16,217 nucleotides of DNA, taken from assembly GCA_041483195.1 (NCBI GenBank), contig JBGPFC010000057.1:1-16217 (forward strand). Direction: 5' to 3'. Under the pieces are notes generated by a model that was not told where the DNA came from, made no database searches, and was given only the letters and a program-made list of their open reading frames with translations. The translations under genes and the position numbers were made by a program. This document shows, in pieces, positions 1 through 7,451 of the stretch; position 1 is the first letter of the stretch, and each line of letters starts with the position of its first letter. The DNA is from Candidatus Eiseniibacteriota bacterium (GTDB taxonomy: Bacteria; Eisenbacteria; RBG-16-71-46).

Positions 1-328
1 CCAGAGCGCGATCGAGCGGCTGTGGCTGTTCCTGGTGTGGCGCAACTACCTGAAGCGCTTCTCGGAGCGCAGGCGCGACGCCACCCCGGCGGTGCGATTG
101 GGGCTGCTCGCGCGGCGGCTCTCGGTCGCCGAGGTGCTGGCCGAGCGGCTGTTTCCGACCCGGATCGCGCTCCCGGCGCGCTGGGCGCGCTATTACTGGC
201 GAGAGGTCACGACCCGCGTCATCCCGCGCTGCGCGACCCACCGGCGGCGCTACGCCATCTGAAGAAGTGATCGACCCCCGCGCAAGACCGCATGCACTCC
301 CGTCGGCTGCAATCTTCGGAGCACAACC
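1..328 (+). mobile_element. Right end of a putative IS1-like insertion sequence; candidate terminal inverted repeat ending at 328
   Basis: The transposase-like ORF is followed by about 65 nt ending ...TCTTCGGAGCACAACC (reverse complement GGTTGTGCTCCGAAGA). IS1-family ends begin with GGT. The partner end is not in the window. Confidence 0.4.
2..262 (+). CDS. C-terminal part (5'-truncated by window) of a probable IS1-like transposase
   Basis: Frame 2 is open from the window edge: QSAIERLWLFLVWRNYLKRFSERRRDATPAVRLGLLARRLSVAEVL...*. The ..WRNY..TPAxxLGL..(W/L)SxxEhL pattern resembles the C-terminal tail of IS1-like DDE transposases. The catalytic core lies outside the window. Confidence 0.55.
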   Translation, partial: QSAIERLWLFLVWRNYLKRFSERRRDATPAVRLGLLARRLSVAEVLAERLFPTRIALPARWARYYWREVTTRVIPRCATHRRRYAI

Positions 329-330
329 CG

Positions 331-1656
331 CTATTTCCAGAGCCGCTCCCACCACTTGGTGCTGTCCTGTGCGGCGGACCATTCGCCGTTCTTCTGCATG
401 CGCCCGCGGACATCGTCGAGATTCCAGCCGGTGAGCGCGGCCAGCGTCTCGGCCTGCTTCTCGCGGCGCTCGCGCAGCTGCGCGCGGTAGGCGGCGGCGG
501 CTTCGCAGTCCGAGGTTCCGGTCCACGCGTGTCGCATGATGTACCGGCCCTGGAAATTGGCGCGATCGGAGGTCTGCTGGAACACCAGGTCCTCCGGGAA
601 GTGCACGGCGTCGTAGCGCACGTGGAGGCGCGTCACGAACGTGCCGGAGGCCCCGCCGCGCGTGGCGGCGTCGTCGAGCCAGAACACGCCGAGGCCGCGC
701 AACTCGTCGTTCGACAGCGGCTGGCTCGCGCACGGATCGCACCAGCTCATGTCCCACGCGTACTCGGTGAAGACCGCGGTGAGCCCTTCCCTCCGCGCGG
801 CGGTGGTGAAGGTCGCGCGGTAGAACTCCGCGAAGATCTCCTTCACGTAGAGCGGCACCTCGGCATCGCTCGGCAGCTTCACCGTGCGGTAGTTGGTGCA
901 CTCGACGCGACCCTGACGGGTGAGCGCGTAGATCAGCAGCTCCTGCGGCCCATCGGCGTTCACCATGCCGAGCCGGATCGGGAGCATGAACTTCGGCGAC
1001 TCGTACGCCATCTGGAGCGGCCGGAGGCGACTGAACCCGGTCTTCGCCTGCTCCTTCAGGTTGACCTTCGCGACGAAGAACTTCATGCCCTGCCGGAGGT
1101 AGCTCCCGAGCACGCGCTCTGCGCCATCGGGGATGCGGTAGTGGCTCTCCTTGAGCCAGGTGACGAGGCCGCTGCTCTGGGTGGCCGAGAGGATGAGGAT
1201 GTCGTACTCGCCCACCGTGTATCGCGCCTCGATCCGAACGCCGAGCGCGTTCGCGCGCGCCGCGTCCTGCGCCATCCCGGACGCGCTAGGCGCCATCATG
1301 CGCATGGCCTTCTCCTCGACCCGCATCCGGCACGGGTCCTCGTCGAAGTACTCGACCAGCCGCGGCGCGGAGTATTGATCGAGGTGCTCGACGATTGCCT
1401 GATCGCCCACGTGGATCTGCCCGCGCTGGAGCACGGTGGGCACCGGCACCACCAGCGCGAACGCGCTGGGCTCGCCCTTGAAGTCGCTGCCCATGGTGAG
1501 CACGGTGCGGTCGCCGTCGCGCACCAGCACCACCTGCGATGCGTGGTTGTAGAGCTTCGCGTCGCCGGCCGCGACGTAGAAGCCGCAGAAGCTATGCGCG
1601 AGGGAAGGCGAGAGCGCCGCCCCGAGGATCGAGGCGAGGATCAGGACGCGTTTCAT
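331..1656 (-). CDS. DUF2330 domain-containing exported protein (441 aa)
   Basis: Signal peptide (MKRVLILASILGAALSPSLAHS), then FCGFYVA..LYNHASQVVLVRDGDRTVLTM..FALVVPVP, YSAPRLVEYFDEDPC, WDMSWCDPC and FVTRLHVRY, typical of DUF2330. AAGGAG RBS upstream of the ATG. Confidence 0.88.
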   Translation of the reverse strand: MKRVLILASILGAALSPSLAHSFCGFYVAAGDAKLYNHASQVVLVRDGDRTVLTMGSDFKGEPSAFALVVPVPTVLQRGQIHVGDQAIVEHLDQYSAPRLVEYFDEDPCRMRVEEKAMRMMAPSASGMAQDAARANALGVRIEARYTVGEYDILILSATQSSGLVTWLKESHYRIPDGAERVLGSYLRQGMKFFVAKVNLKEQAKTGFSRLRPLQMAYESPKFMLPIRLGMVNADGPQELLIYALTRQGRVECTNYRTVKLPSDAEVPLYVKEIFAEFYRATFTTAARREGLTAVFTEYAWDMSWCDPCASQPLSNDELRGLGVFWLDDAATRGGASGTFVTRLHVRYDAVHFPEDLVFQQTSDRANFQGRYIMRHAWTGTSDCEAAAAYRAQLRERREKQAETLAALTGWNLDDVRGRMQKNGEWSAAQDSTKWWERLWK

Positions 1657-2488
1657 GTGCTTCTCCTTTCCTTAAGGCTGAGGTGGAGTTCCATTCGTAG
1701 CGGCGGCCCGGCAGCCACCGGTCGAGCAGCGGGACCGCGAGCGAGCAGAGCGCGAGCGACCACAGCAATCCGTTGGTGCGGAACATCACGAACTGCACCG
1801 TGCCGGCGCCGATCGCGACCAGCGCGGCGAACACCAGGCGTCCGGCGCGCGAGGCGGGCGTGGTGCGCGGGTCGGAGATCATGAAGAACGCGAACAGCAG
1901 GAGCGCGCCGCTCTGGAGCTGATGGAGCGGGATCGCGGGGCGCTGGCCGAGCCACCCCGCCCGCGCGAACAGCAGCGCCGCGTACGAGCCGAGAAACGCG
2001 AGCGTCACGTCGGCGCGCGCGGCGCGCCGCACCACGAGCCCGCCGAGGCACGCCATGAGGAACGCGAAGAACGCGGCGTTGCCCCACTGCCCGGGCGAGA
2101 CCCACACCGGCGCCCCGAGCGCGAGCAGCGCGACGATGCCGAAGTTGGTGGGATTGAAGAGGTGCTGGCCCCTCGGGCGAATCGCGAACTTGCTCGCGAC
2201 CGCGAGCGCGGCCGCGAGCGCCGCGAGCGCGAGATGGCCGGTGCGCAACAGCAGGCCGAGCGACAGCGCCGAGATCAGCGCGCTGCGCGGATCGAACGCC
2301 GGCAGCCGCGCGGCGCGCGTGCAGACGTATTGCGTGAGCAGCGCGGCCACGGCGGTGACCGCGATCTGCGCGATGCCGACGTCGAAGTGGAGCCGGAGGG
2401 CGCCCCATGCGAGCAGCCCGGCGAGCACCGCGATCTGGTAGATGCGCGGGTCACGCGGGAGGCGTGACGGCGTGGGTGGGGGCGTCAT
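1592..2488 (-). CDS. Stand-alone RnfD/NqrB-like integral membrane protein (NQR2_RnfD_RnfE family-like, 298 aa)
   Basis: Many hydrophobic helices. Motifs AVASKFAIR..HLFNPTNFG and SGALLLFAFFMISDPRTTP match the K..FNP and FFMxTDP..P motifs of RnfD/NqrB. Overlaps the DUF2330 start by 65 nt. Confidence 0.82.
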   Translation of the reverse strand: MTPPPTPSRLPRDPRIYQIAVLAGLLAWGALRLHFDVGIAQIAVTAVAALLTQYVCTRAARLPAFDPRSALISALSLGLLLRTGHLALAALAAALAVASKFAIRPRGQHLFNPTNFGIVALLALGAPVWVSPGQWGNAAFFAFLMACLGGLVVRRAARADVTLAFLGSYAALLFARAGWLGQRPAIPLHQLQSGALLLFAFFMISDPRTTPASRAGRLVFAALVAIGAGTVQFVMFRTNGLLWSLALCSLAVPLLDRWLPGRRYEWNSTSALRKGEAHETRPDPRLDPRGGALAFPRA

Positions 2489-2547
2489 GGTATGAACCCA
2501 TACGCCGCGGAGGCGGCGCTATTCCCGGGCCGGGGAGATGGGCGCGA

Positions 2548-4560
2548 TCACGCCGGGGCCGGGGCCTCGTGCGCGGCGTGCTCGACCTCTTCGATCCACA
2601 CCTGGAGCAGCTCCGCCGCGGCCAGCGCGCTCACCGGCTCTCCGCCCCGCCCGCAGGCCGCCGGATCGATCGCGGCGGCTCGCGCCGGGAGCTCGAACCA
2701 CTCCGGGGGCGCCCCCCGCACGCCGCGCTCGAGCGCGGGCCGCAGCGCATCGAGCCAGCCGCGCACCCGCGCCTGCGCCTCGGGCGCGCGCTGGTTCGCG
2801 CGCAGGGTGGCCGAGCAGAACGCGCCGATCCACGCGGTCTCCGCCCGCCTCGCGCGCGGCGCCTCGCGCAATCCGACCGGCGTCCACAGCTTCCGCTCGA
2901 TGGTCTTCACGAGCCGCAACGCGCGCTCGGGCGTGAGCAGCGCCGGCGACATGCGCACCGCGAGCAGCTGCGATGGCGAGAGCCCGGGCCGAGGCTCGCC
3001 GTCCTCGATCGCTTCGAACAGCGCGCCATGCGGATCGTCCCACAGGGCGGCGTTGAAGCGCGCCTGGTGCTCGCGCGCCCACGCCAGGTAGAACGCGGCG
3101 TTCTCCTTGCGCCCCACCCCCCGCGCGAGCTGCGCCATCGCGACCAGCGCGTGGTACCAGAGCGCGTTCACGTCCGCGCGCTTCACGCCACGCTCGCCCG
3201 CGGCGAGCAGGCCGTCGGCATCCACCCGGATGCCGTGGCGCGTGCCGGCCCGGTAGAACTGCATCACGCCCTCGAGGGCCGGGTAGAGCGTCTCGCGCGC
3301 GAGGTCAAGGTCTTCGCTGCGTCTCACATACAGCTCGGCGGCGTGAACCAGCCACAGCGAAGCCGCGGGATCGCCGTAGCGCGGGCTGCCGTCCGCCGGA
3401 TCGAACGACTCGGGCGCGAGGCCCTCGTCGAGGTAGGCGATCGCGTCGCGCAGCGCCTCGCGCACCAGCGTGAACGCGCGCAACGACACCAGCGCCGGAA
3501 GCATGCGCAGCGTGTCGGCGCCGCGCTCCGCCCCGGCGGGCAGCGCGCTCCCGAGCGTCAGGCGGTGCGCGCGCCGCGCGAGCGCGCGCAGCACGACGCC
3601 CGCGAGCGGCGCGCTCCACGGGTCGTCCCCCGCGGGCGCCGGCGCGCCGGAGGCGTCATCCGGCGCGTGCGCGTCCGCGGCCTCACGCGCGGTGAGGCCG
3701 GCGCCCGCGAGGGCTTGACGCACGCGCGTCGCGAGCTGCTCGCGCTCGTCGCGCTCGAGCAGCTCGACGCACGCCGCCAGCGACCGCGGCGGAATCTCCC
3801 CGAGCCGGTCGCTGCGCGCGAGCGCGCGGAATAGATCGGTCTCGGCCGCCGCGACCACGTGCAGCGCCGCGCCGCGCTCGAGCGTGGCCTCGATGTATCC
3901 CGGGATCAGCGCGTCCTCGGGTTCGTGCCCGGCGTCCGCCGGGTACTCGATGCCGCGCACCCAGACGCGCGCCGGGAGAAACGTTCCGTTGTGCCAGAGC
4001 GTGAGCGCCGGCCGGTCCGGCGCGAGCTCGATGCGCACGCGCCCCGGCACGCCATGCGCGGTGGCGTGGAGCGATGCGTCCTCGCGCTGGATCGCATGCG
4101 GATCGCGCGCGACCACCAGCGGGCTCACCGTGAGCCGCGAGGCCGGGCCATCGAGCAGGCGATAGCGCACCGCCACCGCGTTGTGGCCTGAGATCACGAA
4201 CAGCGATTTCTCGATCGCCACGCCGCCCGCGCGATAGACCCAGGTCGGCCATGGATCGCACGCGAACGATTCGATCAGCGCGTGGGCGGCGGGGCGCGCG
4301 CCGCCGGCGACCAGGTGGCAAGCGAGATCGATCCCCGCGCCGCCCTCGTGGAGGCGCTCGTCGAACCCGAGCAGCAGCGTGGTGAGCCGGCCGTGCGGCC
4401 CGGCGGCGAGCAGCAGCGCATGCGTGCGCCGCGTATGCGCGCCGGCCGCGGTTCCCGAGGCCGAGCCGCCGAGACCGTTCGCGAGCAGCCATTCCGTGGC
4501 GAGCGCCGACGCGAAGTCGGAGCGGGCATCCTGTCCCGGGCGCATACGAAAGCGAAGCAT
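2548..4560 (-). CDS. Glycogen debranching enzyme-like protein (GDE_N + amylo-alpha-1,6-glucosidase GDE_C-like domain) with degenerate catalytic motifs
   Basis: N-terminal EWLLANGLGGSASGT..TRRTHALL (GDE_N); C-terminal ASLWL, VNALWYHAL, SQLL, LWTPVGLR and AAE. Alternative start at 4545 (MRPGQ), downstream of a TGcTATGCT extended -10. Confidence 0.85.
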   Translation of the reverse strand: MLRFRMRPGQDARSDFASALATEWLLANGLGGSASGTAAGAHTRRTHALLLAAGPHGRLTTLLLGFDERLHEGGAGIDLACHLVAGGARPAAHALIESFACDPWPTWVYRAGGVAIEKSLFVISGHNAVAVRYRLLDGPASRLTVSPLVVARDPHAIQREDASLHATAHGVPGRVRIELAPDRPALTLWHNGTFLPARVWVRGIEYPADAGHEPEDALIPGYIEATLERGAALHVVAAAETDLFRALARSDRLGEIPPRSLAACVELLERDEREQLATRVRQALAGAGLTAREAADAHAPDDASGAPAPAGDDPWSAPLAGVVLRALARRAHRLTLGSALPAGAERGADTLRMLPALVSLRAFTLVREALRDAIAYLDEGLAPESFDPADGSPRYGDPAASLWLVHAAELYVRRSEDLDLARETLYPALEGVMQFYRAGTRHGIRVDADGLLAAGERGVKRADVNALWYHALVAMAQLARGVGRKENAAFYLAWAREHQARFNAALWDDPHGALFEAIEDGEPRPGLSPSQLLAVRMSPALLTPERALRLVKTIERKLWTPVGLREAPRARRAETAWIGAFCSATLRANQRAPEAQARVRGWLDALRPALERGVRGAPPEWFELPARAAAIDPAACGRGGEPVSALAAAELLQVWIEEVEHAAHEAPAPA

Positions 4561-4598
4561 AGCACTTCGCGCGCGCCGGACGGGGCGCGTTCCCGCGC

Positions 4599-4627
4599 TT
4601 GCATGACGCGCGGGGCGCCGCTATGAC
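4599..4627 (+). promoter_or_regulatory. Candidate sigma70 promoter of chrA (probably leaderless)
   Basis: TTGCAT (4599-4604), 17 nt, TATGAC (4622-4627), 6 nt, ATG at 4634. No SD sequence. The -10 lacks the final T. Confidence 0.45.
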
Positions 4628-4633
4628 TCGCGA

Positions 4634-5977
4634 ATGTCCGGCGAGCATCGCGTCCCGATTTCCGCGGCGTTCCGCGTGTGGCTCCGGATCGGCCTGCTGG
4701 GCTTCGGCGGCCCCGCCGGGCAGATCGCGCTCATGCAGGAGGAACTGGTCGATCGCAGGCGCTGGATCAGCCAGGAACGATTCCTTCACGCTCTCAACTT
4801 CTGCATGCTGCTGCCCGGACCGGAGGCGCAGCAGCTCGCGATCTACGCGGGATGGCTGCTCCACCGCACGCCGGGCGGGCTGGTCGCCGGCACGCTGTTC
4901 GTGCTGCCGGGCGCGCTGGTCGTCCTGATCCTCAGCGCGTTCTACGCGCGCTTCGGCGGCGTCGGCGTGGTGGCGGCGCTGTTCGAGGGGCTCAAGCCCG
5001 CCGTGATCGCGATCATCGTCGACGCGCTGCTGGCGATCGGGAAGCGCGCGCTGCATGGGCCGGGGCGGATCGCGCTCGCGATCGCCGCGTACGTCGGCAT
5101 CGCGTTCTACGCCGTTCCGTTTCCGCTCATCGTGCTGGGCGCCGGGCTGGCCGGGTTCGCGCTGCGGCTCGGGCCGGCGACCGGCGCCGCGCAGGCGGTC
5201 GCGGGCGGCGTGGAGTACGCGGTTGGCGACGTGGCGGCGCGGGCCGCGCACACGCGGCCGTCGTGGGGCCGCGCGCTGCGCACCCTCGCGATCGGCATCG
5301 CGCTCTGGTGGGCGCCGGTGCTCGCGCTCGCGATCGCGCTCGGCCGCACCCACGTCGTGGTGCGCGAAGGCATCTTCTTCGGGCAGGTCGCGGTCGTCAC
5401 GTTCGGCGGAGCGTACGCGGTGCTGGCGTACGTCACGCAGGCGGCGGTCGCGCGCTTCGGCTGGCTCGGCGCGGGCCAGATGCTCGATGGGCTGGGCCTC
5501 GCCGAGACCACGCCCGGGCCGCTGATCCTGGTCACGCAGTTCGTGGGGTTCCTCGGCGCCTACCACCATCCCGGATCGCTCGACCCGATGATCGCAGGCG
5601 TGCTCGGCGCGGCGCTCACGACCTGGGTGACCTTCGCGCCGTGTTTCCTGTGGATCTTCCTCGGCGCGCCGTTCATCGAGGGGCTTCGCGGCCAGGCGCG
5701 GCTGTCCTCGGCGCTCGCGGCGATCACCGCCGCGGTGGTGGGCGTGATCCTCAACCTGTCGCTGTGGTTCGCGCTCCACACGTTGTTCGGAAGGCTCGAT
5801 GAGGCCCGCGTGCTGGGCGCGCACCTGCTGATTCCCGCGTGGGTCACGCTCGACGGGTTCGGGCTCGCGATCGCGATCGCGGCCTTCGCCGCGCTGCGCG
5901 TGCTGCGCTTCAGGATCCCGGTCGTCGTGCTGATCGCCGCGCTCGCCGGGCTCGCGCGCATGCTGCTCGCGCGCTGA
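4634..5977 (+). CDS. chrA: Chromate efflux transporter, long-chain CHR family (447 aa)
   Basis: Two CHR domains: GLLGFGGPAGQIALM..FLHALNFCMLLPGPEAQQLA and VVTFGGAYAVL..MLDGLGLAETTPGPLI. Confidence 0.95.
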   Translation: MSGEHRVPISAAFRVWLRIGLLGFGGPAGQIALMQEELVDRRRWISQERFLHALNFCMLLPGPEAQQLAIYAGWLLHRTPGGLVAGTLFVLPGALVVLILSAFYARFGGVGVVAALFEGLKPAVIAIIVDALLAIGKRALHGPGRIALAIAAYVGIAFYAVPFPLIVLGAGLAGFALRLGPATGAAQAVAGGVEYAVGDVAARAAHTRPSWGRALRTLAIGIALWWAPVLALAIALGRTHVVVREGIFFGQVAVVTFGGAYAVLAYVTQAAVARFGWLGAGQMLDGLGLAETTPGPLILVTQFVGFLGAYHHPGSLDPMIAGVLGAALTTWVTFAPCFLWIFLGAPFIEGLRGQARLSSALAAITAAVVGVILNLSLWFALHTLFGRLDEARVLGAHLLIPAWVTLDGFGLAIAIAAFAALRVLRFRIPVVVLIAALAGLARMLLAR

Positions 5978-6016
5978 GCGCGGGATCGGCAGACCGGGGC
6001 CGGCCGAGGCGCGTCC

Positions 6017-7198
6017 TCAGATCCCGCCGGACTTGCGCAGCAACGAAGAGAGCGGAACCAGGTCGACGCCCTCGAGCTGCTTGCGGTCCACGGCGCCCGG
6101 CAGCCATCCGCGCGACAGCGGCGTCGCGCGCACCCACACCACCAGGTGCTCGCGCGTCCGCGCCTGCGCGAGGATTTCCTTCCAGCGCCGCTCGAGCGCC
6201 TTCGGCCGGGTCTGCCGCGCTTCGTCGTCGATCACCGCGCCGGGCTCGTCGTAGGCCACGCCCAGGTCGGCCGCGAGCGACTTGCACACCGCGCCGGCCG
6301 CCGGGGAGAGGTGAATGAACGGCAGCTCCGCCCGTCGCAGCTCGTGGTAGATTGCGCCCATCACCGTCATGTCCTGGGTCGCGAGCGACCCCATGTGATT
6401 GGCGACGGCGACCACCGGCCGCGCCTGATCGAGATCGTGCTGGAGCACCGATGCGATGCGCGCGGGCCGCATGGTGACCAGCACCGTGCCGGGCCCGGGA
6501 TCGACCTGCGGATAGTTGATGGGCTCGAGCGGCAGATGCAGCACGACCTCGCGCTGGCTCGAGTGAGCTGCGCGAAACATCGAGGCGCTGGCCTTCGCGC
6601 CCGGCACGATCGCCATCGCGAACGGGACCGGCAGCTTCGCGAACGAGGCGGCCAGCGCCTCGTCGTCGCCGAATCCGTACGCGACGATCGCGAGCCGTCC
6701 GCGCCGGAGCGCGGACGCCTCGCCGGGCGGGGCGGCGCGCACCAGCGTGATCTCGTGGGTGGGCATGCCGGGCAGGCCCGCCACCAGCGTGACGACGGTC
6801 TCGCCGTGCTTGCCGATGCGCTCGCGTCCCGAGAGCACGCGGGCGCCGAGCTCCTCGATGAAGTGCGTGAGGGCGAAGTTGGCCTTGATCAGCGACTGCT
6901 CGGGAGCGAAGCCGATTCGCCATTGCACGGCCGCCGGCCGGCCCTCGACCACGCTCTCGCGCAGGCTGTCGATCGGAACGCCCATCACCGCGAACGCGCG
7001 CCGCGCGTGCTGCCCCACGATCCGGGTGATGGTCGCGCGGTCGCCGATGCCGAGGGTGCGCCTGAGCGTGATGCGGCCCGAATCCGAGCGCACCAGCAGG
7101 AAGCTCTCGCCCAGCAGGAACAGCACGAGGGCGGCGATGGCGAGCGTGATGAGGGCGCGCGGGGAGGCGGCGGAGGCACGGGCTTTGCGCTTGGGCAT
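6017..7198 (-). CDS. Membrane-anchored divergent polysaccharide deacetylase family (YibQ / Polysacc_deac_2-like) protein (393 aa)
   Basis: Basic N-terminus and one TM helix. C-terminal domain has LPVPFAMAIVP, EVVLHLPLEP and VANHMGS..T, which are family hallmarks. Confidence 0.85.
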   Translation of the reverse strand: MPKRKARASAASPRALITLAIAALVLFLLGESFLLVRSDSGRITLRRTLGIGDRATITRIVGQHARRAFAVMGVPIDSLRESVVEGRPAAVQWRIGFAPEQSLIKANFALTHFIEELGARVLSGRERIGKHGETVVTLVAGLPGMPTHEITLVRAAPPGEASALRRGRLAIVAYGFGDDEALAASFAKLPVPFAMAIVPGAKASASMFRAAHSSQREVVLHLPLEPINYPQVDPGPGTVLVTMRPARIASVLQHDLDQARPVVAVANHMGSLATQDMTVMGAIYHELRRAELPFIHLSPAAGAVCKSLAADLGVAYDEPGAVIDDEARQTRPKALERRWKEILAQARTREHLVVWVRATPLSRGWLPGAVDRKQLEGVDLVPLSSLLRKSGGI

Positions 7199-7218
7199 GG
7201 TTGGGAGGAGACGGGCGC

Positions 7219-7247
7219 ACGTTAAGGAGTGCCCCGCCCGAGGTCAA
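7219..7247 (-). promoter_or_regulatory. Sigma70-like promoter of the deacetylase-like gene
   Basis: Minus strand: TTGACC (7247-7242), 17 nt, TAACGT (7224-7219), 20 nt upstream of the ATG at 7198. Confidence 0.6.
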
Positions 7248-7293
7248 CGAGGCGATCGCGTGAGCGGCCCGGCCGTCCGCGGGGTCGCGCCCG

Positions 7294-7382
7294 GGCTGTT
7301 TTGCCCGTCCGGGCAGGGACGAGCGCGGCTTTTTTGCACTTCAGTGACACTCCCCTTTCGACCCGGTGACAGGCTTTTTGAT
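7294..7382. promoter_or_regulatory. Helically phased direct repeats, candidate transcription-factor binding array
   Basis: GTGACA at 7344 and 7366 (22 nt apart), TTTGCA at 7333 (11 nt before the first). GGCT(G/T)TTTTG-like tracts end at 7303, 7336 and 7380 (33 and 44 nt apart). Confidence 0.4.
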
Positions 7383-7451
7383 CATCGGGCCGATCGTTTA
7401 TGTATTGCGGTGCCCACCTAGGGTTCCGCTCCCCAGCCCCGGAGGTAAGAC

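Noticed and set aside
22..270. 82-aa plus-strand ORF in frame 1
   Set aside because: Low-complexity alternative frame. Frame 2 (ending at 262) gives the protein-like, transposase-like sequence.
292..1884. 530-aa plus-strand ORF
   Set aside because: Antisense shadow of DUF2330 and the RnfD-like gene. It has no motifs, and long antisense ORFs are expected at this GC content.
2548..4560. GDE-like gene as a pseudogene
   Set aside because: The frame is intact over 670 codons with scaffold motifs preserved. It is reported as a possible pseudo-enzyme instead.
2407..5824. Long ORFs 2407..3834 (+), 3683..5824 (-) and 4678..5802 (+)
   Set aside because: Arg/Ala/Pro-rich off-frame or antisense translations overlapping the well-supported GDE-like and chrA genes.
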